Of a DNA stretch of 64,000 bases, positions 49,406 to 62,720 are shown piece by piece (the stretch's first letter is position 1; the number at the start of each line of letters is the position of its first letter). The position numbers were made by a program, and so were the translations under genes. The notes beneath the pieces were generated by a model. It did no database searches. It was not told where the DNA came from and saw only the letters and a list, made by a program, of their open reading frames with translations. The stretch is from assembly GCA_030390025.1 (NCBI GenBank), contig CM059431.1:122328001-122392000 (forward strand). Reading direction: 5' to 3'. This DNA comes from Squalus acanthias. Taxonomy: Eukaryota.

Positions 49406-50133
49406 GGGCCAGAATTTGCTGAACCAATTGTGTGAACGACACACGCCGTTATTTATGTGTAAAACACCAGCAACTTGTAGTGAGGAAGAGATACCCTGTG
49501 AATTGCAAATCGCCACAAGTTGCTGGCCGATTTGTGCCGCTCCGCCGTTAGCTTCGCACAAACAACATCTCGCCCTTAACCTTCACATGATTTTCATGCA
49601 GTTGCTGCATTCGCGCATTAATTGCCCATTAAACTCAGCACAAAAAAAGTTTAGTAATTAATAGCGTAAATACCCTTTTAACAACATGATAATTGTTAAT
49701 GTCTGCCAATCAACCTCTCTTTCACAGAAAATGAGCAATGATAAGTATGGAGTCTCATTCCTTCAGGTTGTGAATTGTTGTGATTTTTAAAATGTCAAAT
49801 TTAATTTTTCTTTTCTTACTTTTCCTTTCGCCTTTTTTTTTCTCTCTCTTAATCCAATCTTTCTTTCCTCAATTTATTTCTCTTTCCGTACCTGATTTGA
49901 CATTGAATTCACCCTCATTCACAGTCCTTCCTGGTTATTTCTCAATCCTTTAATCTCATTGGTTAAGAAGATACACTGTGTGTTCCATTGTTCACCAAGA
50001 TCCCAGATGCCCTGTTGCCCTCGCTCAAACTTCCAGCAACTTTTGGGCAAAAAATATTTGAGCTGAAGGGTGTAGGAGCAAGTCTAGCTAACAGGGCATG
50101 CCATGAGATCCCCGTTCCAGCAAATTCTGGGCT
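49406..50133. mobile_element. Harbinger-type MITE, family B
   Basis: TIRs GGGCCAGAATTTGCTG / CAGCAAATTCTGGGCT (14/16); internal homology to 6246-6964. Confidence 0.82.
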
Positions 50134-50781
50134 AATGATTGTCCCACACAATAACAATGATACGATATGCTGAGTTGGTTGAAGCGAGGCATATATTTCC
50201 CGATTAATAGTCCTTTCAAAACTATTTGGTGGTAAACCAGCTTCAATTACAATCCAGCAGAAAACAGCATTTCCCACAATAAGCAGCAGCCTAATGTAAG
50301 CCAGGCAGTAAAATCATGGTACTCAATCAGCGTTAATCGCACTTTAGCCCCTTAACAAACTGGAAATTACCCATTTGGCCGCTATAAAACACCAGGCAGT
50401 TGGCAATCCAGATGTGCTGAAACACACAGAAGACTATAAAAACAAAGTTTAGTGAGGCAGATTGTTTAGAGTTTAGAAATGGCTCTCACATAGAAAAAGT
50501 GTTGGCAGGCAGCAATGGTAGGCACAGGAGTGCAGTCTCCTTCCAATCCACACTTCAGAAAATAGGTCTTGTAGGAAATAGCATTGCCATCAAATATCGC
50601 CTTGTTAGAAATATTTAGTAGGATGTTAGAAAATGACTTGATTATGTCAAAAAGACAAGTGAAGGAAAGGTAGTGACCTATCACTAGGCCAGAAAGACCA
50701 CTATATGAGAATCGCCGAAATTAAATGTTTGCATGGAGCTAGAAAAATACTGTGGCCCAATTGTTTAGCCTAACACAGACT

Positions 50782-52299
50782 GGGCTAGAAATTCATTATA
50801 GCCCAGGAATGGGCGGTATCTTTAGAAAAGTTTGAGAATTCGCGCCAGGCGCAATTGCTTTAGACTGCAAGCAAAATTCATTCTCACTGCTCAAAGAAAT
50901 GATTGGGGCACTAAATCAAGTCTTAAAGGCTTAGCTCAGTGGCATTATACTCAAAGGGTGGACCAATATCGGGTGCAGTCTAATCTCAACTCATCATTGC
51001 CGCTGGCTTTTCCCAGTACTTAAAGGGGAGGTTCATTGATACTGCAGCACCTCATTCTCAGCATTGCTGGCTGTGCAGCTGCCTCAGCAAGGAGAAGCAC
51101 AACAAGGAGAAGGATCCAGAGGACTGAAGCAGATGTGCTCATGGCAGATCCACCTCAGTCGTGTGGTCAAGGTGATTGAATGCTTCAACAAATGCTGCAT
51201 ACCACCATCTGTACCATAAGCTTCACACACTGCCCAAAGCACCACACCCCCAACACACACCCACCAACAATCTCCACCTGCCAACACTCACACCCACATC
51301 TCACACCTTGCACACATTCAACCAGCTATTCAACAATTACAGGCACAAGGGTCATTCATTATGAGAATGAATGTGATATGTGTGATATGTTTATGCATAA
51401 ATTTATTAATGGAGTTTGCGATATTTTGTGGTCTCTCTCATTTCCCCTTTGCACCCAGGAGGACGCTGTGATATGGCATGACACAGGGATGGTATGATGT
51501 GCATGTGGTGAGCAAAAGGGATCTGGGGTTTAAGTCATCCTGATGTGAGGCTGGAGGTCTGTTTGGAGGAGGTGGCAGAGTTCTGTGACCAACACCTTGG
51601 TGATGTGGAGCCATCTAATACACTGCTCCTCGCTTAATTGAATGTAGGAGAGGTGCTGTCAGAATACCCTCGGAGGGTAAGGCCTCCTGGTAAGAGCCCT
51701 GATATCCTCATCATCCCTCTGCGCACATGTTCCTATATTTCTGGCTGCCTATGCTCCCTCCGCCATAGATCCTGGAGGGCGAGGTGGCGCCAGTACAGCC
51801 TCCATTAATGTTGCCACGTGTAGCAGTTTGAATCTTTGAACAATAAGTGTAGGCACATTGCACTTGCCAGAACACTGTTGATAAAAAAGAACCTTGAAAT
51901 TACTCATTCAAAATGATCCACTAGCTGAAACTGACAAGAAACCACTGAAACGAACCTGCCCTGACAGCTGCGAGTGATTAATGCAGATGCCTTTAAATAA
52001 CGTCCCTGGAGCTGGCATCCTGCAGCTGTGTGCCTCCTCTCCCTGTCGCATTCTGGTCGAGGCGCAAAGGTAAGTGGCAAAAATCAGTTTTGTAGATCGA
52101 GTGCCTTGCACGCTCACTGACGTCACAATCTGCCGGGCATTGAAGCCCTCGGCGGTACCTCGTACTGGCGGTGCAGTGGGGGGTCCAGATTTGCCGTGCT
52201 CCGTTGGGTTCGCCTCGCCCCGGCCCTCCTGCATCAGCGCCCCGTTACCGCCCTCTGCAGGCGCTAGTGGGAGGCACTAACCAACTTAATTTTCCCCCC
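50782..52299 (-). mobile_element. Harbinger internal-deletion derivative
   Basis: Termini GGGCTAGAAATT / AATTTTCCCCCC; transposase N-terminal remnant on - (~51560-51810, RPYPPRVF..FSYIQLSEEQCIR) similar to 47755-47988. Confidence 0.75.
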
Positions 52300-53308
52300 A
52301 GTAATTTTAACTCAACCCGCCCGGCAGGAAACTGACGGGATCAGATAGGCTGCCAGTTTCACACACCGTCTGTTTTGACTTTCCACACATTTCCATCTAG
52401 AAGGAATGATGTAGATTGATATTGGCTGAGTTATCTCCCAATGAAACTGTTTCCTTTTTGCTTGTGTCAGCTCTTTGGTAGAGCTATACAATTAATCTCA
52501 CTTCCCTGCTCTTTCCCCATAGCCCTGCAAACTTTTTCCCTTCAAGTATTTATCCAATTCTCTTTTGAATGTTACTGTTGAATTTGCTTCCAGATCGTAA
52601 CAAAAAATTACAAGTAATCAGGAGAGCTATCTTTGCTTTTATATTTATTGGTTATTTGTTCCAATCTTGGACTCGAATCCAGTTTGCTTCTGAACAAAAA
52701 GATCAACAGTTGCTTTCAAGTGATGCAAAACCAGTGGATACAATTTTGCACAGAGACTTGGCCGTAAATTTTGGGGGTCTATGCGGGTGCAATCGGAGGC
52801 GGGTCGGGTGGGAAATTTGCAATAAGTTGGAGCAGGTCGGGAACTCGTTGGCATCCCGCCCCCACGCGCCTTTCCCTCGGGCGCGTTTGCCGGTGCAGCA
52901 GCGACCTGACCGGCAGAGGCGGGCGACCTAATTCAAATCATTACCACTTTGTTGTCAGACCCTTAAGTGCCTTTTTCAGTTTAGCTTTCAAATTTCCCTG
53001 GCTGCCCATGGGATTCAAGCAGCTCAGGAACCACGTCTGTCAGCCTGAGGCAGGAGTTGAGTGGCCATTGCTCCAGCTGATTAGATGACAGCATGAAATG
53101 TACTATAAAAACTCCCACCTCACAGCTGATCACTTTCCTCTGGCAGAAGCTGTTGCTGACTGCATTCCCAGCACACATTTAATTTTCTACAGGCTGCAAG
53201 TGTTTGCAGCAAAGTCACCACCCAGTCTTACCTTATTGGTACAATCTATCACTCCATTGACAGATTGCTTCTCTCATCTCTACTTGACCTGCCATCTATT
53301 CCATCAGC

Positions 53309-54612
53309 ATGGGTGCCGTTTATACTGTCTCACCTTGTTCCTCAGAATCGGACCACGATGAGCCCCAACACCAGCAGCACCAGGCACACCAGCAGCACCA
53401 ACAACAATACCACCAACCTTCTCCTCAACCACCTTAAGCTGCACAGGACAGAGGGCATCAGCGCAGGGCTGCACCATGCGGAGGCAATACCCCCAGCACA
53501 GGGTATACAGGCAGAGGATGAGCTTCCTCAACATGACGGAGCAGCAGTGCCAAAGGAGGCTCAGGCTATTGCATCAGGTCGTCGCAGATATTTTCACATT
53601 GCTGGAGCAAGACCTGCAGCCCAGAGGAATGTGTAGACACGCCTTACCAGTGGATGTCAAAGTCACCAGCACCTTCAACTTCTTTGCCTCAGGTTCCTTC
53701 CAGGGATCTGCAGCAGACATTTGTGGCATCTCACAGTCGGCCGCCCTCAGATGCATCACACAGGTCACTGATGCCCTCTTTCACAAGTCAGCCATTTATA
53801 TCAACTTTGCCACTGATGAAACCAGTGTTACTGAGCAGGTGCTCGCCTTTGCCAGTCTGGCACTGCTGCTCAGTCATGTTGAGGAAGCTCATCCTCTGCC
53901 TGTATACCCTGTGTTGGCTGGCATCCCACGGGTGCAGAGCGTCATCGACTGCTCACATGTGGCCATCAGGGCACTCCATCATCACCCAGGTGTCTTTGTC
54001 AACCACAAGGGCTTCCACTCCCTCAATGTGCAGCTGGTCTGCAACCATAGGAAGATCATCATGCATGTGTGCACCAAATTCCCTGGCAGCTGCCATGACT
54101 CTTTTGTCGTTCATCAGTCCACCCTCCCTCAGCTCTTTGTTCCTCCAAACAGACTTTCCGGCTGGCTGCTTTGAGACAAAAGCTATCCACCGAAGACATT
54201 ACTCATGACACCCTTGAGGAGGCCAAGTACAGATGCCCAGGAGAGATATAATGAAAGTCACATTTTCACCAGATGTGTCACAGAGCAGACAATAGGCATT
54301 CTCAAAATGCGCTTCAGATGCCTTGACATATCTGGAGCAGCCCTTCAGTATGCACCAGCCAGGGTTTCCAAAATCGTCATGGTCTGCTGCGCCCTGCACA
54401 ACATAGCACAGCAGCGAGGATTAGCACTGCATGAGGAGCAAGGCACTGAGCGCACAGCCTCTTCAGAGGAGGAGGAGAAGGAGGAGGAGCATCAGCTGGA
54501 ATACGAGGAGGAGAAGGATCAGGAGGAACCTGCGGTCCAGATGCCACCAGCACCCGAGCACATTGCTGCCCGGGAGGCCAGGAATGGCCTCATCAAGGCC
54601 AGATTTACTTAA
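53309..54612 (+). pseudogene. Harbinger transposase pseudogene (early stop and frameshift, TGA at 54172 in LL-G-DK, 57-bp insertion)
   Basis: [65 protein letters not shown]; ORFs 53476-54174 and 54205-54612 are in the same frame. Confidence 0.92.
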
Positions 54613-54899
54613 CTTTATGCAGTACACCCATATGGCTGTCACATGTTGTGCCAGGTTGGCACCACCCCACAGCAACATCATAAAGGATCCCTACAATGAC
54701 TAAGCCATTCCTTTCACACTGACTACCATTGCTGGAGGAACTGTTATGTGTCAGCATTCACTGCAACTCACTAAGCCACTTCTAAAGGTGCACACAAATT
54801 TGTCCAAGACTGGAAAGTGGTGAAATTAAAGATTTTTATGGTTGAGATCACATTAACGGAAACTTGACATTAACATTGAGTAAAACACCCAAATGGCTA

Positions 54900-56806
54900 C
54901 CCTTGTGAATCTACTTGTGTGTCATCTTTCTCTTCCGCGTGCTTCTACAAGGTGCTACCCCTATGGCTTCAGCAGAGGTAGAGGCACTCTACTCACTTCC
55001 CTGCTGCGACTGCTTAGACACTTTTGGCGGACATCTTCTGGGTTTTGGAGCCGGTGATGGCCCCGCCAAAGTCTGCTCCTCCTGTGACTGTGCAGGGGCA
55101 GACTCGGCAGTCACTGTCCAAGGAGGCAAATGGGGCTCGGACTGAGGGGGTGGCAACAGGGGAGAAGTGTAAGTGCTTTGAGAGGAGCCCACACTTCCAT
55201 CTCCCCTCTTACTATCATCCCTCACATGGGCTACTCGCATTTCCCTGCTAGCAAGGAGCTGTAGAGCACCTTGCTGCACATCAGTGGGGCCATGAGGACC
55301 CACATCTATGTTGACATCCTTCCTAGACAGGAGCTCTATGAGGCTTTGCCATCTATGCTCCATAGATAGCCATCCATTCTGCATAGGTAGCCATCTATTC
55401 TCCATAGTGATCATGTGCTCCTGTGAGCTGCTCCATGCAGGGGGCCATCCTATCCATGGAAGAGCCTACAGTCGCCATCGCCTGCGACACGGTGGTGCTC
55501 ATGTTGGAGATGGACTCCTCCATTCTCTGGACATTTTCAGTCATCACGGTCGGAAAACCTGTCAGAGCCTCCTGCACATCTTGCTGCACCTCCAGGATCA
55601 CCCTCTTTCTCGATGGCCCCCGAGGCTCAGCGTCTGCATGCAGCTGAGCAGAGCTGGGAGCATCCTGCACCTCTCGGTGAGGAGTCTCACTGCTGTCCCT
55701 GTCTCCACCATCTGCTCTTGCTCACTTGTGATTTGTGACAGACCTAGTGACAACACTACTCTATCTTGCGTAGGACCCACCGAGGTGTGCGTCTCTGCGC
55801 TAGTGCTGGGTGCTCTTATGTCTGGTGACGGTGCACCCTCAGAGGCTGGAGGCTCCTCTGAGGAGTCATTTTCCTCTTGCTCCTGGACAGTGGTGGGGGC
55901 TCTTGATGGACCTGTGGTAGAATAAAGAGTTGAGTTAGATATGCCATATTAAAAAATGGGTACAGATACCATTATGCACATGATAACCATTCAGTGGCTG
56001 CTGACATCAGTCCCCATATGAGTGACTGATGTATGCCATGTAGCTGTTTGATATGTAATTCTATCACCAGGTTGCTGAGATGTCCCCCTCTCACTGTCTC
56101 CCACCTCCAGCTGCTCAGCCACTCTGATACTTCCAAACCAGCCTCCTCTGCTGTTGTGAGGGTCGCAAATGATGGAGGCCCACCTCCAGTTCTCTCCCTC
56201 TCCCTCTTATTTTGGGCTCTCGTTTCCTGCAAGGAGGGAAAGAAGAGAAGGTTGAGTGAGAGTGATGGAATGAGTGTAAGGAATGGATGTGTTACATCTT
56301 TAGAGGGAGACTATGATGGAGTAAGGTGCCAATGACAAGTGGTCTCCTTGTGTGTCGTTAGTTGGTATGATTGCATTAGGATGAGGGTGAGTGTGAGGGG
56401 TGGTTAGTCAGATGGGGATGTGATAATGTAGATAGAAAGGGATGGGTGGAGGTGCAAGGGGTGTTGATGTGAGTGAGGATCTGCAGGAATAGGGTTGGGA
56501 AGGCAGAGTGATGGGGATGTGATGAGAGGCACAGCAGGATGAAGTTGAGTGTGGCTTAGCACTCACCTTTCCTGATCTAATGAGATCATTGAAACATTTC
56601 TGGCACTGCACCCAGGTCCTCCTCCCCACATCGCTGCTGGTGACCTCCTCTGCAATTTGAAGCCAGGCTCTTTTTGTCTTCTGGAGAAGTCCCTTCTGCC
56701 CATTTGAAGGGAAGAGGACCTCCCTGCATGCTCTGAGTCCCTCCCCAAGCATATGGAGGGAGTCATCGGAGAACCTGGGTGCAGCCCTCTGCCTCTGTGC
56801 TGTCAT
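54900..56806 (-). pseudogene. Harbinger ORF2 Myb/SANT-like gene, 3 exons (56806-56567; 56226-~56068; from 55911), exons 2-3 frameshifted
   Basis: MTAQRQRAAPRFSDDSL..W..IAEEV..QCQKCFNDL | GTGAGT; TTGCAG | ETRAQNKRERERTGGG; same intron layout as 28256-30075. Confidence 0.85.
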
Positions 56807-57753
56807 GTCTCCAAGTGTTTGGAGCAATCAAAGCCTCCAGAGCAGTGACTGCTCACTCCTAGATGAACCTTCACATGCAATGTGGCCATCGTTCCTTTAA
56901 ATATCCCGGCTGAAAATGCGTCATCGATGACGTCATCAGACTCACACCATTTAATAGGGCCGGCTAACACGCAGGGCGGGCATAATAGGCCCCATTAGCG
57001 CAAAGTCGATTTCTGCAGCGGGATGGAAGCAAGAACGGGGTCGCGACCCGCCACACCGACTGCCCGCACCCGACCCGCCCGGGTACAGAAAATTCCGGCC
57101 AATAACTGTAAACTTAAATTTTAAAAAGTTGCTGCAAAATTGTTCTTCTAAAGAAATATTCCGTATTTTTCAATATTAAACTTCTCATTAAATTCATTAC
57201 TCCAAATTTCAAATTAAGGCTTTCTATATAAATATTGCAGTTTAATTAGGCCACTAAAGATTGAATCCTTGTCTAGTCAAGCATGTCCTTGGAGCATTCC
57301 AAGTAAAGGAGGCATTACTGTTAACTTATGTTTTATGTGATGGTTTTCGGGAAGATTAGGAGTTTAGGTACGGTGTCTGTTATCGAGGATGAGGTAATAG
57401 AACAGATGGCAGCTAGATGAGAGACAAAGGACATTATTGATGGGAAGCCTTTCAAGGGTGTGTTTTAATGTATAGAAGCCTTGACTTAGAGCATAGATTT
57501 TAGAATATTCTTGGAGTGAAGCTGGATATGCTCAAAGTGGTAACCATGCCATTCCGAGTCTGAACGCCTCCAATTTGTGTGGTGTTAGTCAGGTTGTATA
57601 TCTACAGCTCATTCACTGTTTAACTGTTCAATAAGTATAAGCTTTGTATTTTAACTTCTTTACTTCTATTGTAGCTTCTTTTGTAACTATAATAAACATA
57701 TACTTTGGAACAAGACTCCCTCTAATCTCTGAGTATCACAGACCGAATCTAAT

Positions 57754-58812
57754 GGCCCAGATTTTGAGGTCAGTGGCGAAGGAACAGCGCTTACCGTTCA
57801 CCTCACTGACAGCCGCCCACAAAGTGTTCTCAGGCTTTTGAGCGGAGACTTGCTCTAACGGTGCCTGATCCAGCGCGGTGCACTCTTTCGGGAATCTGTG
57901 GCATCTGTGAGCAGAAAAAGTAAGAGCAAGGCTCTTCAAACAATCAGACTGAAGAATCCTCACTGAGACACGCAGGGCTAGAAATTCTGCTCCTTTGCGC
58001 CTCCCGTTAGTGCCTCCAGGGGCGCTAACGGGGCGCAAAGGGCTTATTGCCCAGGGGGGAACAAAAAAAGCGCCTCCCGAAAAATTCAGCGGGGCATTGC
58101 TGAGGCTCTAGACAATAGCACCTCACCCCTGCCGGTAGCGCCCTGGGCCACTGCGCCGCATGCGAAGAAGTCATCGCCGTGCGCCACGACCCCTTACCAC
58201 CCTGCAGCAGAAATTCGGCTGTGTCCCGTGAGGCTGCTGCGGCGATGTCAGCGCCAGCCTCGCAAGTCGCGAACAGGGCCGACCTCCGCTCTCGGGGCGG
58301 TATTTAAAGGGGAGGTGCGGCCTCAACCCACGTTGCCATTTTCTTTTTTAGGGGTCGGCCCTCAGTGGTGGGCCGTGGCATGGTCATGGCAGCCATCGCG
58401 CAGCCTGGCACCGCGTCTCGGTGCTGGGCTGCAGCCACGGCACCATGCCGCCCTGGTGGCCTAGTGTGGGCCTTCGGCGGCCCTGTAGAGTACGCAGTGA
58501 CCCTCCCCTTTAACTGAAGGGGAGGGGCATTGAAACGCGGCAACGCTCGGCGGAGCCTCCGCCGAGCGCTGCCGATCGCGCCCCGACATTGCCTCAGTTA
58601 CCACCCCACCAGGAAGTGGAGCGCCCGAGATTGCACTCCACTTCCTGTGCGGGGCGGTAAGCCGAATTTAGTGGCTGGGGCAGTACTTCCATGCCGGGCG
58701 CTAAATGTCCGGCCTTAACTCGGTTACTGCCCCCAAACGGGGCGTAACCGAATTTCGCGCCTGCAGAGTCTAAACCAGGAAGTATAAAGCAGGAAGTATA
58801 AACTAAATTTCT
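57754..58812. mobile_element. Truncated family B-like MITE (reverse orientation) hosting a nested MITE
   Basis: Terminus AAT|GGCCCAGATTTTG; sequence across the insert (GAAGAATCC..GCA|GAGTCTAAACCAGGAAGT) matches the reverse complement of ~6725-6766. Confidence 0.72.
57975..58762. mobile_element. GC-rich non-autonomous Harbinger related to the 26274 family
   Basis: Subterminal GCGCCTCCCGTTAG..GGGCGCTAACGGGGCGC and GCCCCAAACGGGGCG as in the 26274 element; TSD GCA. Confidence 0.85.
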
Positions 58813-61087
58813 CAACTGCACTTTAAAACTGATACTAAATAACAACAGTTCTTTGCTGGGCTTTTTATGGCAAGAAATAGAAAAAATGGCTGTACTCTGC
58901 CATTTATCCCAATTCTCTGAATGTTCTGCTGATATCCCTCCAAAGTTATGGCGGGAGACCAAAAGAACATATGTAGAATTTTAAGGCCTCTCACTCATCC
59001 AAGACAAAGTAAATCTGCCACAGCATACAAGAGTTTTGCTAGCAGGATACGCAGTGGTGACACCATTTTTATTTTGTGTTTTTCTCAACAGCCTCATAAT
59101 CAAGTTAATTATTTCTTTCACCTGACTGGGTTTTGTCTCTTTAAACGTTTAATAGGCTTTACAAATAATTTGGTCCTAAGCAATCATTAAATGTCTGATA
59201 GCAGATGACAAAATAACACAACGATTGTTCTTCAAAGAATCCAAAATTTGGTGGACTCTAAATTAACAATTACTGAAGCAATTTAAAATGTTCGTGTTCA
59301 GGAGAGAATTCTTGAAGTCATTTAAAACTTGATGTCCCCAGATAATTTGCATAATCAGGTAACAAGACATATTTATTTCCAGAAAGCAGCCAACAAAGGC
59401 AAGTTTAATTTGTTGGAATATTGGGCGTAGCGACACATTTAAATAAAAAATGCAATATGGAAACCCATATAACATGAAACAGGATGGATCTCATTTTGTC
59501 AGAGCCTTTGTGTCATAGAAAGATCTAGCTCATACTGAACCATTGTTGATTTGTGCTACAAATTCAGGTGACTTGTGAATGCTGCTAGCATTTTGCCGCC
59601 AAAGTAAATGCAATTCAAACACATTCAACAAGCAATAAAATGCAAATATTTGAAGAGCATCTTAAATGTAATGTTGAAATGTGGGAGATCAGAATTATGC
59701 AAGTTACTGTATTCCAACATGGTTAAGGCAAAAGAGAGAGCCCAACTGAAATGTAACTCCTGTTTTATTCATCAAGGCATGGAATGAATTTCTTCAGTGA
59801 GTAAGTAATGACAGAATATGCTCTGTGTAGTGTAATGCAATGAATGTGCGTGTGTCAGGAGCAACATTTTATTTAACCCTCAGGGGTGACGTTGTGGCAT
59901 GTTCAGAATTTCCCATTTTCCTTCAGGTACAGGAAATTGGAGGGCAAACTGAATTTTAGCAGTTGCCCAGACTCTTTTTGTTAGCTTTCTTCAATGAAAA
60001 TTCCACATTGAAGTTACTATTAGATTTTTATTAAATAAGGTTGGAGTAATTATACAAATTTTATATTAACAATGATTCATTGTTGCTAACATTATACATG
60101 CAGATTAGAGGATTGATGCTTTTGCAGTTCAGGTGTCATAGCTGTGTAATTGCAATTTCTTTCCCCAAATTGTTGTTTTGTCACAGTCTTTATTTATATA
60201 ATCAGTCACGTATATTTTTGTTCATATTCTTTATCCTACTTTCTTCACTTTGTCGAGGCTCATTGCTACATCCAACTACCTGCCTCTTTCAGACTGAATA
60301 CATAAGACCGTTTGTGCTGTTAACATCCTCTAAAGTTCAACATCAATGGTACTCCATCTCGCACCAGAAAGCATTTTCTTTTTATATCTTTCTTCCCTCT
60401 CTCCCAACTATATTATGAACTGCTCCGCCCTGCAGCTTAGAAGAGTGGTAGCGAAAAATAAACAGCAGGAAGCTGGCTTCACATTATAGCTGAGATGTTA
60501 ACTACACCTAGGTTATCCTTCATGCTTCATTACTAGACAAAATTTCACTTCACCTTTTTTGAAAATGTAATTATATGCAAAAATATGCAAAACACACAAG
60601 TTGTAACCGTTCCAGATTAAAATGGATTAATTCATTAAAAAAAGCATATAGCATAACACATAAGGAAGACCAAAGTCATTTATTAATTACCTCTTAACAT
60701 TCCTGTTCTGTGATTAGATCTCTGGTACTTCAGCAGCGAGCTTTGCCCCATGATAAATTACAATCCAGATACTTTTTGCAAATGAACGGTGTATGGTACA
60801 CAAAATTATATTCCATTAAAAGAACACAGCAGGGTAGATATTATTACCCTGTTAATAATAACACATGCAATTTCTATAATCCCATCATTACAAAGTATAT
60901 ATAGCAACATAATTTTAGTTAGTATGCGCTTCTTCTAATCCTCTTGCACTACATGAAAGGGGAGGGAATAGATCCATATAAACTCCGCAGTACATTCCAT
61001 CACCACAGTCTCTTTACCTCTGCTAAAGGGACTGCAGAGGTAACACATAAACAATAATACCTTGGGTATCTTCTAATGCTTGTGCAT

Positions 61088-61446
61088 GAAAGAAAGGAAG
61101 ACTTGCATTTATATAGCGCCTTTCACGACCACCGGATGTCCCAAAGTGCTTTACAGCCAATGAAGTACCTTTTTTTAAGTGCAGTCACTATTGTAATGTA
61201 GGAAACACGGCAGCCAATTTGCACACAGCAAACTTCCACTAACAGCAATGTGATAATGGCATAACAATCTGTTTTTGTTACGCTGATTGAGGGATAAATA
61301 TTGACCAGGACACTGGGAATAACTCCTCTGCTCTTCTTCGAAATAGTGCCATGGGATCTTTTACGTTCACCTGAGAGAGCAGACGGGGCCTTGGTTTAAC
61401 GTCTCATCCGAAAGACGGCACCTCCGATAGTGAAGCACTCCCTCAG
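61088..61446 (-). mobile_element. SacSINE1-like Deu-SINE, head truncated
   Basis: Matches other copies up to GCACTCCCTCAG. Confidence 0.82.
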
Positions 61447-62170
61447 CGTTCACCGTCATCCCGCCTTTGAAACTGACCACAACTTTGGGATTTGGCGCAC
61501 GCACAGGCACATGCGGATATCCAAAAGTTACAGTCAGTCATTGACAGCTCCGAAACAGGCTGACTGTGCCCGCCTACCACCCCACGCACCCCTCGCCCCC
61601 GCCCCACAGAGCTGGCAATCTGTGTAATCAGCCAAATCATTGAAACTGAGGAAAACTTCAGCTCTTCCACAGTAATTACACTTTCAACTTCCCCACTAAA
61701 AGTTAGACCCAAAGGGATTAGGTGTAACTTTGGTTTTGACAGCGCTATTGCTGCTAAACAAATGTTAAGGCCTGGAAAACTAATTTTAATTTTGTGCAGT
61801 TTCAGATTTGTCCATTTTAATAAAAATTTAATTTTTGAGACATTTTTTAAAATTAAAAAAGAAATTTAAAGTTTGTCCATCTTAGGGCGCTAATGGGAGG
61901 CGCAAAGCAACCACATTTTTAGGTCTAAGAGCTTACTCACTTCCTTGTTCGCTGTCTGTGAGAATTCTGCCTTTTGATTGGCTGCTTAGACAGCCTGTTG
62001 ATGTCACAGCAGTTTGACCAAGGGGATCCCCACTACAGTCCGTGGAATTGAATTAAAGGTCAGAAAATCCAAAGTTCTCGACACAGGGATTGCGAGATCC
62101 CTGTGCAAAGCGTACTTCGGGGCCAGCAGTGAATGCCTTCACTTCGCTTCGCTGCTGTTTCTTGCTCCAA
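61447..62170. mobile_element. Decayed MITE(s)
   Basis: 61447-61520 similar in reverse to ~32400-32470; ~62088-62155 similar in reverse to 16620-16687. Confidence 0.5.
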
Positions 62171-62720
62171 TTAATTGGTCAGGAGGCACTGACAATTTGT
62201 TGATATGTGCTGAATATTGGGAAGATAGGTTTCCCAATAAGTATGCCACTTATATTTTGTGGAGAAAGTAAACGAGGAGCAATGAAGAGTTATCAAGCAG
62301 CTTCGGCTACACTGAGGCAGACTGCAGTAATCTGCTGCAACCATCCCACCCACATTTACAAGTAGAGACAAACCTACCTGGCAAGGTCTATTTGGAACTA
62401 GCTACATAGGTTCCAACTTAACAAATAGCCAGATGCAAAGGTGCGCCATCTGTACCTAACATGTATCATTGGACTGACAGTGGCGGTGGCAGTAACAATC
62501 AACAGCAACTTCCATTCATATAGTGCCATTAACATAGAAAAATGTCCTGAGACACTTCACAGAGGCATGAGGATTACTGACACTGGGCCAAGAAGGAGAA
62601 ATTAGGAAGAGTGGCCAAAAACTTGGCCAAAGATGTGGGTTTTAAGGAGAGTCTTAAAGGAGGAGAGATAGTTGAAAAGGTTGGAGTGTTGCAATACCCC
62701 ATCACTTGGCCAAAGACCAT

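Larger units (their letters stand above)
52760..57100 (+). mobile_element. Full-length but inactivated Harbinger of a second family (~4.34 kb)
   Basis: Termini GGCCGTAAATTT / AAAATTCCGGCC; transposase on +, spliced Myb/SANT gene on -; TSD not preserved. Confidence 0.9.
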
